This document shows positions 40,059 through 49,099 of a stretch of 64,000 nucleotides of DNA, one piece after another (the first letter of the stretch is position 1; each line of letters starts with the position of its first letter). The DNA is taken from contig CBDCTZ010000016.1 of NCBI GenBank assembly GCA_965222375.1, positions 896,001 to 960,000 on the forward strand, written 5' to 3'. The notes beneath the pieces were generated by a model. That model had not been told where the DNA came from. It saw only the letters and a list, made by a program, of their open reading frames with translations, and made no database searches. The DNA comes from Polyangiaceae bacterium (GTDB lineage: Bacteria; Myxococcota_A; Polyangia; Polyangiales; Polyangiaceae). The position numbers and the translations under genes are program-made.

Positions 40059-41072
40059 CTAGAAGCCCTCGAGCACGATCTTGCCGCGCGTTGAGCCGCT
40101 CTCGATCTTGGCGTGGGCTTTGCGCAGAGTCGCGGCGTCGATCTTGCCGGCGATTTCGGTTGCGGTGGAGCGGATGCGGCCGGCATCGACTAGTGCGGCG
40201 ACTTTGTTCAGGAGCTTGCCCTGTTCTGCCAGATCTGGTGTGCCGAAGACTGGACGCGTGAACATCAATTCCCAGTGAAGGGACACGGCCTTGAGCTTCA
40301 GGGGCATGGCGTTGAGCTCAGGCGGATCGTTGATCAGACCAAATCGGCCCTGGGGCGCGATCAGTTTACCCACGTTTTCGTAGTGCAAGTCGGTCTTGGT
40401 CGTCGAGAACACGAAACCCGGAGCACCCAGACCCAATGCCTCGACCTGGGGTGCCAAAGGCTTGCGGTGGTCAATCACGTGCTGGGCTCCACACTCCTTC
40501 ACCCACTGCTGGGTCTCAAGTTGCGCGGCGGTCGCGATCACCGTCAGCTCGGTCAGCGCTCGCAGCAGCTGGATCGTGATCGAACCCACGCCGCCAGCGC
40601 CACCGATGACCAGAATGACGTCTCCTCCCTGCGCAGTCGGGCGTTTGACATCGAGGCGGTCGAACAGCATCTCCCAGGCCGTGATTGCCGTCAGCGGCAG
40701 CGCCGCGGCCTGTGCATCGCTTAGGCCCGTGGGTTTGCGGCCAACGATGCGCTCATCGACGAGGTGGTACTCGCTGTTCGTACCTGGCCGCGCGATCGAA
40801 CCCGCATAGAAGACTGCATCGCCCGGTTTGAAGTTCTCGACGTCCGATCCCACACTGTCGACGACGCCCGAAGCGTCAAACCCCAGCACGCGCCACTCGC
40901 TGCCTTCGGGCGCCCGCGCGCTACGCAGCTTCGCGTCCACCGGGTTCATCGACACGGCATTGATCTTGACGAGCAGATCGCGCCCCTCGGCCTTGGGCTT
41001 GTCCAAGGTGATGTCTTGCAACGCGTCCTCCCGATCGATCGGACCAGGCGCCTTGTAAGCGACGGCTTTCAC
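40059..41072 (-). CDS. Zinc-type alcohol dehydrogenase-like / quinone oxidoreductase (MDR family)
   Basis: GGAGGT RBS; SMNPVDAK, AAALPLTAITAWE, GGAGGVGS, HWELMFTR, GKIVLEGF. Confidence 0.92.
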   Translation of the reverse strand: MKAVAYKAPGPIDREDALQDITLDKPKAEGRDLLVKINAVSMNPVDAKLRSARAPEGSEWRVLGFDASGVVDSVGSDVENFKPGDAVFYAGSIARPGTNSEYHLVDERIVGRKPTGLSDAQAAALPLTAITAWEMLFDRLDVKRPTAQGGDVILVIGGAGGVGSITIQLLRALTELTVIATAAQLETQQWVKECGAQHVIDHRKPLAPQVEALGLGAPGFVFSTTKTDLHYENVGKLIAPQGRFGLINDPPELNAMPLKLKAVSLHWELMFTRPVFGTPDLAEQGKLLNKVAALVDAGRIRSTATEIAGKIDAATLRKAHAKIESGSTRGKIVLEGF

Positions 41073-41221
41073 AGTTCACCTCCGGCGGTGTTGAAGTCAC
41101 AAAGAGCCAACGCGGTGCGTGTAACACGCAAACCGCTACGTGCCAGAGGGGCACCGTGACGTCGCTCACTTGGTAGGCGACGACCTAGTGCGTCGCCAGG
41201 GCTTATCCAGCGGTTCGAAGC

Positions 41222-41803
41222 TCAGCTTTCCGTCAAACCGGCCATCGACCTTGCCTGGGCCCACTCTGCTTTCAGTGTGAGCGCCGCGACCCAACGATCG
41301 ATGTAGGCTTGATCGAGGTCGTCGCCCTGCGTCCGCAGGATCCCCGCCACGTCGTTGAGCTGTCTATCCGACTCAGCCAGCTTCGCCCACTCGAGTTTCG
41401 ACAGGACGACGTCCTCGGCAGACGCGACATACACCGTCGTGCCCAACAGATCTGCCTCACGACGGCGCTCGAACTCCTCGAGACTGAATGGGCGGGACTT
41501 TCGAATGATGAAGTCGATCTTCCAGCCCGACGTTTGATCGATCACGTTGAACAGGCTCTCAGAGCCAAGGGCTTGTAGCGCTGCCTCCTGACTCACGTAG
41601 TACTCCTCCTCCGGAAACTGGAGCAGGAGCTTCCTGAGAGAACCCAAGGTGGGCGCGATCACCACATCCACGTCTTGAGTCGTGCGTGGCGCGCCGTGGA
41701 GAGCGCTTGCGAACGAGCCCGTCACCATGTACGGCACGCCGGCTGCCTCTAGTGCGCGCTGCACGCGCCGGATCGCGCCTTCAGCGCCGTAGTCGGACGC
41801 CAT
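41222..41803 (-). CDS. Nucleotidyltransferase (pol-beta superfamily, DUF6036-like), putative toxin
   Basis: YMVTGSFAS..HGAPRTTQDVDVV, SAEDVVLSKLEW. Confidence 0.8.
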   Translation of the reverse strand: MASDYGAEGAIRRVQRALEAAGVPYMVTGSFASALHGAPRTTQDVDVVIAPTLGSLRKLLLQFPEEEYYVSQEAALQALGSESLFNVIDQTSGWKIDFIIRKSRPFSLEEFERRREADLLGTTVYVASAEDVVLSKLEWAKLAESDRQLNDVAGILRTQGDDLDQAYIDRWVAALTLKAEWAQARSMAGLTES

Positions 41804-41993
41804 AGAGCTCCCATACGAGTTGGTCCTTAACGGCCACTTCGTCAAACTCGGGATGCTGCGATCTGATCCGACTCAGGGCGATGGAACGCATCTCATCGCT
41901 CATCCGGCACGCCATTGCGAACCTGCGAGCCTCCCCCATCCGCCGGTGCACCGCCGCCTGCACTCGTGCGGCTTCGGTCGAGGTGTCGTCCAC
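41781..41993 (-). CDS. Small helical protein (70 aa), putative partner/antitoxin of the nucleotidyltransferase
   Basis: DTSTEAARVQAAVHRRM...IRSQHPE...LYG; overlaps the downstream start by 23 nt. Confidence 0.7.
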   Translation of the reverse strand: MDDTSTEAARVQAAVHRRMGEARRFAMACRMSDEMRSIALSRIRSQHPEFDEVAVKDQLVWELYGVRLRR

Positions 41994-42114
41994 AGGTTGA
42001 GAGTAGCACGAGTTGGCGCAAGCATCGTGAGCCGGTTCGCCGTGGCCGCAGCCGCGGTGCCGGTGCCGTACATCGTAGCGCCGCAGCGCCATGACGACGT
42101 TGACGGGGTGGTTT

Positions 42115-42771
42115 CTAGCGTCCACGTTGGTTGCTCATGGGATATCCGATCTCCTTGATGTCGGACGATAGAGACTCAACGCTGGCCTCTGGGTTGAGGC
42201 GGTGCACGAGCTTCGTGGAAAGCGGTTGATGTTGATAGACTGCGCTTACGTCGGCGATTCGGATTTCGCGTTCGAAGTAGTCCGCAGCGAACTCCACATA
42301 CTGCTCTGGCTTGCCTTCTAGGATCGCGAGGAGGTCGCGGGAACCATCCGGGTCATCGCCAGCGGCCCACTGCGTCACGCCGCAGGACCAAAGCCGGTCG
42401 GCGGCGCGCCGCCAGATGCAGAACGTGGAGTTCTCGGTGTCGAATGCTGGCTCGTTCAAGAAGCTCGCGTGAAACTCGGTTGGAAGGTCGCCAAAGATCT
42501 TGTCGCCTGGGGACCCGGGTTGGAACGTGGGCGCTTCATGCGAAAGGCCGTGCAGTGCCACGCCGTAGGGCGCAATCAACGCAAACCAGTGATCGCCGGA
42601 TCCGTTGCGCATCGAGGCCATCTTCTCGTCCGTGCCCCAGTGCGAGTTGAACGAGTAGTAGCGATACTCCCAATCAGGAGACAGGATCGCATCCAGCATC
42701 GCCAGCCCGCTCGTGAGCCGAACAAAGCCGTGAATGTCTGGTAGCTCGGAAAGGTCGCGCGTGGAGATCAT
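42115..42771 (-). CDS. Conserved-looking hypothetical protein
   Basis: LAMLDAILSPDWEYRYYSF, MRNGSGD, TFCIWR, DPDGS. Confidence 0.75.
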   Translation of the reverse strand: MISTRDLSELPDIHGFVRLTSGLAMLDAILSPDWEYRYYSFNSHWGTDEKMASMRNGSGDHWFALIAPYGVALHGLSHEAPTFQPGSPGDKIFGDLPTEFHASFLNEPAFDTENSTFCIWRRAADRLWSCGVTQWAAGDDPDGSRDLLAILEGKPEQYVEFAADYFEREIRIADVSAVYQHQPLSTKLVHRLNPEASVESLSSDIKEIGYPMSNQRGR

Positions 42772-42843
42772 GGTTGCCGTGTCCAGTCTACACCCGAACT
42801 CGGCCAGCCTCGCGTGCTGCCTCCTCGCTCGTTTTGTGTGGCG

Positions 42844-43521
42844 CTACGGTGCCTTGGAGTAGAATTGGAGGTACTCCTGCATCTCGGGGGAGAGTGGCTG
42901 GTCCTTGTCCGCCAGGCGGAAGTAGATCTCGTTCTCGAGCCAGAGCCTGTGCAGGAAAGACTCGAACGATGGCGCACATGAGAAGAGGGCAGGCTCTTCG
43001 AAATCCTCCTCCTCCAGATCTTCAAGGTCTAGGTCGTCGTCGTTCGGGTCAAGCATGGGTGTGCAAGCGACGACGGTGCAGTTCTGATGGGGTCCAGCGT
43101 GGAGATACCAGTGGTAGCAGTCTTGCGAGTCCGAGTAGAAGTGAACGAAGTACTCACCGGGATCCTCCCTTCGAGGAATGAGGCCGCGCGGGTACTCGAA
43201 ACTGCAGTCCGTGGGAGATCGAAACTGGCTGATGAGTCCGTCGTTGTCCATGAAGGCGAGGAACTCCTTCGGCAGCGTTACTCGGGCGTTCGTGGTCTGC
43301 GCGAGCAGTGCCTGCCTCTGTTTCGCAATCCAGCCCGGTGGCCTTCCAGCCGGAGCTGAGTCGGCGTTCGCAAGCCAATGAAACGTCCCGTCTAGCTTGC
43401 GCCCCGGCAGCGGTGCAAGCTCATCCAGGGCATATCGGCAATACGTGCGATCACACGGGCGAGCGGCTCCAAGGTTGAACCCGATCCACACGGGCATGAA
43501 CGGGAGGTCACGACTTGTCAT
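42844..43521 (-). CDS. SMI1/KNR4 (SUKH)-like protein
   Basis: VTLPKEFLAFM, FYSDSQDCYHWYL, CAPSFESFLHRLWLENEI. Confidence 0.6.
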   Translation of the reverse strand: MTSRDLPFMPVWIGFNLGAARPCDRTYCRYALDELAPLPGRKLDGTFHWLANADSAPAGRPPGWIAKQRQALLAQTTNARVTLPKEFLAFMDNDGLISQFRSPTDCSFEYPRGLIPRREDPGEYFVHFYSDSQDCYHWYLHAGPHQNCTVVACTPMLDPNDDDLDLEDLEEEDFEEPALFSCAPSFESFLHRLWLENEIYFRLADKDQPLSPEMQEYLQFYSKAP

Positions 43522-44074
43522 CGGCCAGCTCCACTGGAGGCTAGATAAGGGAGGCCTTCCCCAGTTGCTCGCCCGCCGCGCTGCCTTGGACCGCCTCAGC
43601 GAGCGTCATCATCTGCATGAAAGCGCGCAGGGCGGGGTCGCCCGCTGCAATCGCTTTCCAGTGCTCGGCGAACACCTCCGCAGAAATGTCTCCGATGAGC
43701 GTGACAAGTAGAAGCGATGCTTCCGGTGGCGCCAGATTCGCTGCACCTTGAACTGCTCCGCGACGGCGAAAACGAAGTCCGTAGCCGTGACGAGGTCATT
43801 GATATCCACAGCAACCATCATCGCAACTGCAGGGCCATCCGGCCCTTCCACATCGACCGTCTTGATTTGTTGGATCGAGTTTTCAGCCACGCGCCCCTCT
43901 TGCCGATGCTGGCTCCACCGCGCTCTCAGCGTTTCGGCAGCGAATGCCAAGTCCAGCCCAACGTACCACGCTACGGGTGCTCGGTGGGAGGGCGTCGCGG
44001 TCTCCTGGGTGCTTCCGTGCTACCGCTAGCCTCGGCGTTTGCGACGCAGCTGCTGCGTGCGTAGTGTGGCATCG

Positions 44075-44548
44075 ATGACAGACGCATTCGGGGGACGTTG
44101 TTTTTGCGGGAAGGTGAAAGTGGAGGTTCGGGGCGCTCCGTTGGCGGCGGGCTATTGCCACTGCGTCGAGTGCCGCGCGTGGCACAGCGCGCCGGTCAAC
44201 GCTTGGGCGGTGTGGCCGAAGGATGCCTTCAAGATCGTCGAAGGGCAGGACGACGTGCGACACGACTACAACCACCACGGCAGCGATGGCCCCAGTGAAC
44301 GGATGTGGTGCTCGCACTGCGGTGGCTCCCTGGGCAACCAAAAGCCGAAGATCGGAATGACGGTCGTCTACGCGATGACCTTGCGCGACTCAGCGTTCGA
44401 GTTCCAGCCCACGCTGCACATTCACTACAAAGAGCGAGTCCTCGACATGAAAGACGGCTTGCCCAAGTTCGCGGACGAGCCCAAAGCATTCGGCGGCTCC
44501 GACGAACGAATCCCCGAACCCACAGCCACAGCATGGCATGGTGGCTGA
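44075..44548 (+). CDS. GFA (Mss4-like) zinc-binding protein
   Basis: GRCFCGKV, CHCVECR, WCSHCG, PTLHIHY. Confidence 0.9.
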   Translation: MTDAFGGRCFCGKVKVEVRGAPLAAGYCHCVECRAWHSAPVNAWAVWPKDAFKIVEGQDDVRHDYNHHGSDGPSERMWCSHCGGSLGNQKPKIGMTVVYAMTLRDSAFEFQPTLHIHYKERVLDMKDGLPKFADEPKAFGGSDERIPEPTATAWHGG

Positions 44549-44638
44549 GCGCGAGCTCAGTCGCGTAAGGAAGACCGCCGTCGCGCTCCCCGGAGTGAGC
44601 GAGGTGCGTCTCGACGCAGTTTTGCACGAACGTTGAGT

Positions 44639-45285
44639 CTACAATCCGATGCCCGCGCCGCCTTGACCGCGACAATCTCGCTGTTCGCTGAAGTCGGAGA
44701 AGTCGAACTCGCTCTGGCGGAACGGCTGCAGCAGTCGCCGTAGCGTTTCCTCGCTCACCTCCATGGGCGCGTCAGGTGCGAGGCGACCATTCCCATCACG
44801 GCGGTAGAGATCCGGTCGCCTGCCGACGTACTTTCCGCGGAAGCTCTCGAGCTTCTTGAACAACTCTATCGGGTCAAAGGAACACGCCGGCTTCTTCAGC
44901 TGCCCATGCACCGACTGCAGCTCCGTAGACGCAATCAATCGATTCCACGCCTTGAGCAGCCCCTCAGGATCTAGCTTCCCCGGCGCCTCACAACAGGCAA
45001 TGACCGACTTCACGTAACTATCCGTGGCGGGCGAGTCCCCACTCCCAAACCCCAAGTCCTCAGACACGAACTTGCACGCCGCTTGACGTCGGCAGAAGGC
45101 GGCTCGCTCGCCACGGGGGCAGAGTCCGCAGGTTCGGATGCCAGTGAACTCTCACTCCGTTCAACGGTACCCTTGTTTTCTGGTGGAGCACTGGCCGGCG
45201 ACACAGCTCCGTCCGGCTGTTGCCCACGCGCGCCGCAACCGACGAGGCATAAGAACGTTACTAACAGGTGGATGTGCGGGCGCAT
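44639..45285 (-). pseudogene. Possible frameshifted lipoprotein gene (ORFs 45010..45285 and 44639..45067)
   Basis: First ORF has LVGC lipobox and Pro/Ser linker, then ends; second overlaps in another frame with a globular-looking sequence. Confidence 0.4.
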
Positions 45286-45295
45286 CGGGGCGAAA

Positions 45296-45895
45296 TCAAG
45301 CACCATCACCTGGGGCCAGGCGCCGCTCCAAGTTCAGCATCAGTCCTTCGAGATCGACAGCTTTTTCCGGGCGCAATTCTCGCAGCCGGCTAGCCGCTTG
45401 ATGAACGGCCTCCAGAATGGCGCGCCCGGATTCATCCAACGGGCAATCGTCTTCAAGTAGATAGTCGAGGTCCATTTCATCGTAGTCAGCGACGATCGCT
45501 TCGTACCCACCGATTGCATTTTCGAGGTCGGAAACGGCTTCTCGACACTTCGAGTGTCGAAGGACGCGAGGAAAGATTTCCTCGGGATAGTGGCCCATGA
45601 CTTGGCAGGCCATGCCCGTTGCCAAGCGGCTGGCAAGTTCCTCCTCACGCGGCCGCTTCATGCCCGAGAAACGGCTAGTCAGATCGTCGCAGAGCCGCGC
45701 CAGATCCGCACCGTCGCTCCAAACAGCGCCAGAGATAGGATTCCTCGGATAGCCGTTTGCCAGGTCGCGAAGCTCCTCGAGCTGCCCAAGCAGAAAGTTC
45801 AGCACTTCCTCGGAGGCCACTCGCGCATCATCGTCTCCGCTTGCCTTATGCAAAGCTTCAACGAGCTTTCGTGCTTTGGCAGGGCTGAGAGCCAT
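45296..45895 (-). CDS. Hypothetical helical protein
   Basis: GGAG upstream of ATG (MALSPAKARKL); 199 aa with protein-like composition. Confidence 0.65.
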   Translation of the reverse strand: MALSPAKARKLVEALHKASGDDDARVASEEVLNFLLGQLEELRDLANGYPRNPISGAVWSDGADLARLCDDLTSRFSGMKRPREEELASRLATGMACQVMGHYPEEIFPRVLRHSKCREAVSDLENAIGGYEAIVADYDEMDLDYLLEDDCPLDESGRAILEAVHQAASRLRELRPEKAVDLEGLMLNLERRLAPGDGA

Positions 45896-46004
45896 GGCGT
45901 CTCCGTCCCGTAGTCTACCAGAGGCAGCGCGCGACTCTATTGTCCGGTCGATGGCGCTCGGTCGCGTCGAGGGTCTCGCGATTTCTGCTTCCGCGCGCCG
46001 CGCG

Positions 46005-46451
46005 TCACTCAAGAGACACGCCGACATGGGACACCAGCCGGCAGTGTTCGCAGATGAAGTCGAACCCGGCCATGCCGCGCGAGGATTGGTCAGCCTGTTG
46101 TGCCCAGGTTTGTCCGCAACCGGGAGAAGGACGCACGCTTTCGCCCTTCTCTAGCGCGTAATAGCGTTGAAGATAGTAGTACGTCGGTGCGTCGAGCGCG
46201 CCCTCGATTCTAGCCGCCAGCTCCCGCCCGCGGCGCGCCAGTTCGGTGTCAACGTCCGCCATCTGTTCGTAGGCAGGTTTCTCCAGGTCGCGTGAGTCCA
46301 ACCAAACGTGGTCGTGGTGCTTGTACGCGTTCATCCAGAAGACGGGCTCTTCTCGAAGCTGCTGGTTCAACACACAAGCCCGCCGAACACGGAAGCTCGC
46401 GTGACGAGGCCGACGAAGTAGGGCACAGACGCTAAGGCCCGCCCAAAGCAC
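46005..46451 (-). pseudogene. DUF2310-like Zn-ribbon protein, probably 5'-truncated
   Basis: GRELAARIE...PTYYYLQRYY...RPSPGCGQTW...FICEHCRLVS; first CxxC reads SPGC; N-terminal part looks non-homologous and abuts the repeat/IS. Confidence 0.6.
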
Positions 46452-46540
46452 CGCGGTCCGAAATCATCGACGCACTCCGACGCAAACGTCCCGCCCTGCC
46501 ACGCGCAGCGCCGACGGCAACGTGATCCCGCCTCATAGTT

Positions 46541-46589
46541 GGCTTTGGGGGGGACCGGCGAGGTGCCGCGCAGCGCCGCTGAGACGAGG
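46541..46589 (-). repeat. Structured repeat copy 3, left fragment (interrupted by the IS)
   Basis: GGCTTTGGGGGGGACCGGCGAGGTGCCGCG..GCGCCGCTGAGACGAG resembles the reverse complement of copies 1 and 2. Confidence 0.8.
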
Positions 46590-46740
46590 CTTAAGAAGGG
46601 GGAGGCGGTTGGAAGCGTGCTGTTGTTGGCATTGTTCGCGCAGCTGGCAACGCTCTGGCGGGTGAGCCCGCTGAAGTGGTGTCCAGCCCTGGTGGTAACG
46701 AGTTGGTTACGAACCGCAACTCCCACCAGAGAGGACACCA

Positions 46741-47793
46741 ATGGAACGTTTTATTGGACTGGATGGGCATTCGCAAACCTGCACACTCGCCGTGATGGGC
46801 CCGACCGGCCGGCGTCTGAAGGAGCAGACGCTGGAAACCCAGGGCCGATTGCTCATCGACTTCTTGCGCGGCGTGCCTGGTCGAAAACGGCTGTGCCTCG
46901 AAGAAGGCACCCTCAGCGAGTGGCTCTGCGAGATCCTGGCGCCCCACGTGGCGGAACTCGTCGTGGTGCAACCGACAAAACGAGCAGGGGCCAAAAACGA
47001 TTCAATCGACGCTTGGCAGCTCGCGACCGACCTGCGCATCGGCAACATCAAAGGCGCTATCTTCAAAGCTCAGGGGCGTTTTTCCATGTTGCGCGAGTCA
47101 GTGCGGGCACACCGACTCACGACGGAAGACATGGTGCGGACCAAGGTGCGCCTCAACGCGCTGTACCGCTCGAGGGGTGTTCAGGTCAACGAAGAGATCT
47201 ACGACCCAGACGCTCGCGTGCAGTGGTTGGCAAAGTTGCCTCCGCCGAGAAGGAAACTCGCCGAGTTGCTTTCGACAGAACTCGATTACTTGGTGGAAGT
47301 CCGAACATGTGCCGAGCAGTGGCTGCACGAGGAATGCCAAAAGCACAAGGAAGTAAAACGCCTGATGACGGCGCCCGGCATCGGACCTGTCCGTGCGGCT
47401 TACATCGTCGCGGTTGTCGTGACGCCATTTCGCTTCTCAACCAAACGCGAGTACTTCAGCTACTGCGGGCTGGGCATCGTGACGCGCAGTTCCTCCGACT
47501 ACGAGCAGGATCCAAGAACCAAGCGCTGGGCACGCCGTGCGATCACGCAAACGCGGGGACTGAATCGCAATCGGCACCCGTTGCTGAAGGACGTCTACAA
47601 AGGCGCCGCGCTCCACGTTGTGTCGCAGCCTCGCCATCCGCTGCACGAGGACTATCAACGCTTGCTTCAGAATCTGAAGCCACCGTTGGCACGACTCACA
47701 ATTGCCCGCCGAATCGCCTCGGCGACACTGGCAATTTGGAAAAAACAGGAGGAGTACGACCCAGCCAAGCATCGCGCCAAAGACCGGAAGTAG
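46741..47793 (+). CDS. IS110-family transposase/recombinase (DEDD RuvC-like + Tnp20 domain)
   Basis: FIGLDGH, CLEEG, KNDSIDA, LMTAPGIGPVRA, FSYCGL...SS, ARRIA. Confidence 0.95.
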   Translation: MERFIGLDGHSQTCTLAVMGPTGRRLKEQTLETQGRLLIDFLRGVPGRKRLCLEEGTLSEWLCEILAPHVAELVVVQPTKRAGAKNDSIDAWQLATDLRIGNIKGAIFKAQGRFSMLRESVRAHRLTTEDMVRTKVRLNALYRSRGVQVNEEIYDPDARVQWLAKLPPPRRKLAELLSTELDYLVEVRTCAEQWLHEECQKHKEVKRLMTAPGIGPVRAAYIVAVVVTPFRFSTKREYFSYCGLGIVTRSSSDYEQDPRTKRWARRAITQTRGLNRNRHPLLKDVYKGAALHVVSQPRHPLHEDYQRLLQNLKPPLARLTIARRIASATLAIWKKQEEYDPAKHRAKDRK

Positions 47794-48186
47794 CGGGTCA
47801 CAATGGTCCGCACTGCGAGCTCGAGCGTGATGAACCAGCGGCGACTCCCAAGCTCTTCGAGGACAAGCACCTATGCCCCCCCTGGCCCGCTGTACGCGCA
47901 GACGAGGTCCCTAGACGAGGTTGTGCGTCCTCGGAGCACCTACTGAAGCAATGGACCCAAGAGGCCCCACCAGGAGAATCGTGCCGTCTCTTTTCTATAG
48001 GCACTACGAACGCTCGTCACGACGCCATCACTGGCTCACAAGCTGGCCCGCCCAGTGCACCATCAGGGCAACCTCCGGACACGCGTAACCGGAGCACTCC
48101 CAACTCGATACCAACTTCCGACGCTGAAACCCAACCGCCCGACGCCAGGAATGGGTCGGTGCCGCTGGCACGGGTGAAGTATGTCC
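47794..48186 (+). ncRNA. Candidate bridge/seek RNA region of the IS
   Basis: Long downstream non-coding region with short matches to target flanks and IS ends; boundaries unknown. Confidence 0.55.
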
Positions 48187-48192
48187 TTGACA
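48187..48192 (+). promoter_or_regulatory. -35 box TTGACA at IS right end (candidate circle-junction promoter)
   Basis: Joining the ends places TTGACA 18-19 nt before TAAGAA from the left end. Confidence 0.5.
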
Positions 48193-48205
48193 TCTCCCTC
48201 TCCAG

Positions 48206-48219
48206 GAGGGGGGCAACCC
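48206..48219 (-). repeat. Structured repeat copy 3, right fragment
   Basis: GAGGGGGGCAACCC versus GAGTGGGGGCAACCC in the reverse complement of copies 1 and 2. Confidence 0.75.
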
Positions 48220-48222
48220 TAG

Positions 48223-48296
48223 CGCGCCCGGCAGGATTCGAACCTGCGACCCTCGGTTTCGAAGACCGATGCTCTATCCAGCTGAGCTACAGGCGC
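48223..48296 (-). tRNA. tRNA-Arg, anticodon UCG; CCA not encoded
   Basis: GCGCCTG/CGGGCGC acceptor stem; TCGGT-CT-TCG-AA-ACCGA anticodon arm; GGTTCGAATCC T-arm. Confidence 0.96.
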
Positions 48297-48306
48297 GGAG
48301 CCAAGG

Positions 48307-48335
48307 AAAATGGAGAAAAATGGCGGTGCCGTCAA
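48307..48335 (-). promoter_or_regulatory. Sigma70-like promoter of tRNA-Arg
   Basis: Minus strand TTGACG-17 nt-CATTTT, 10 nt upstream of the tRNA. Confidence 0.55.
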
Positions 48336-48511
48336 GGGTGACGGATTGTGAGCCGCTAGACATCAGGCGCGCGAGGTCGTGAGAGACGAAGGGGAGTGCC
48401 ACGGCCGGAAGATTGGGCTCGTGGAGGGCCATTGCGCAGGATTGTCAGCGGTTGGTGACGTCGCTCAAGTGGTGGAAGCGGGGCCCGCCACTCTGGGGTA
48501 GCGTTAGTGTC

Positions 48512-49066
48512 GTGGCGAAAGCCAAGGGTTCCAATCTGCATCACATGCGGCAATTCGTGCTGAAGCGCCTGGGGCAAGATGCGTGGGACCGTTTGGTTGC
48601 CAAGCTCTCCAAGGAGGAGCAGGAAACCTGGGCGGCACTGGTGCCCGTGGGTTGGTACCCGCTGGAGCTTCAGCTCAAGACCCTGGGGCTGATGGATCAG
48701 GTGCTAGGTCGGGGTGACGGTACGCTGATCGAGACCCTGGGTCGCTACGAGGCTGAACAGGATCTGACGGTGGTGCATCGCCTGTTCTTGCGCATGGCGA
48801 ACCCGGCATACCTGCTCGAGAAGTCGGGGGAGTACTGGGATCGCTTCTACGACGTGGGGGCTTGGGAGACGACCCGGGTCTCGTCGAAGGAAGCGCGAGG
48901 TGTGCTTCGTGGCGTGGAGCTGATGAACAACGACTTTGGCACCTACTTGGCCGCGTACATCCGCGCAATGTGGCACCTGATGGGCGCCAAGATGGAGCAC
49001 TCGTCCTGGGAGATCAAACGCGGAGCGGGTGGTCCCGTCCTGACCGTGGAAGGTCGTTGGAGTTAG
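48512..49066 (+). CDS. Myxobacterial DUF2378/H-NOX-like small protein
   Basis: AKGSNL...VLKRLGQDAW...VGWYP...W.RFYDVG. Confidence 0.65.
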   Translation: MAKAKGSNLHHMRQFVLKRLGQDAWDRLVAKLSKEEQETWAALVPVGWYPLELQLKTLGLMDQVLGRGDGTLIETLGRYEAEQDLTVVHRLFLRMANPAYLLEKSGEYWDRFYDVGAWETTRVSSKEARGVLRGVELMNNDFGTYLAAYIRAMWHLMGAKMEHSSWEIKRGAGGPVLTVEGRWS

Positions 49067-49099
49067 GGCCACCCGCTTGGGTGTCGATGGGCGGCGCGC

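Larger units (their letters stand above)
46590..48205 (+). mobile_element. IS110-family (IS1111-like layout) insertion sequence, ~1.6 kb; ends +/-4 nt
   Basis: Transposase plus ~150 bp upstream and ~410 bp downstream non-coding; GAGG at both junctions (46586-89, 48206-09); TTGACA near right end; weak sub-terminal IR (8/12). Confidence 0.8.

Noticed and set aside
43596..43950. Short minus-strand ORFs between the SUKH-like and GFA genes
   Set aside because: Could be a gene fragment, but there is no recognisable family or clear reading frame
46539..48341. 600-aa alternative-frame ORF spanning the whole IS
   Set aside because: Arg/Pro/Ala-rich with no motifs; overlaps the transposase and runs antisense through a tRNA; most likely a high-GC shadow ORF
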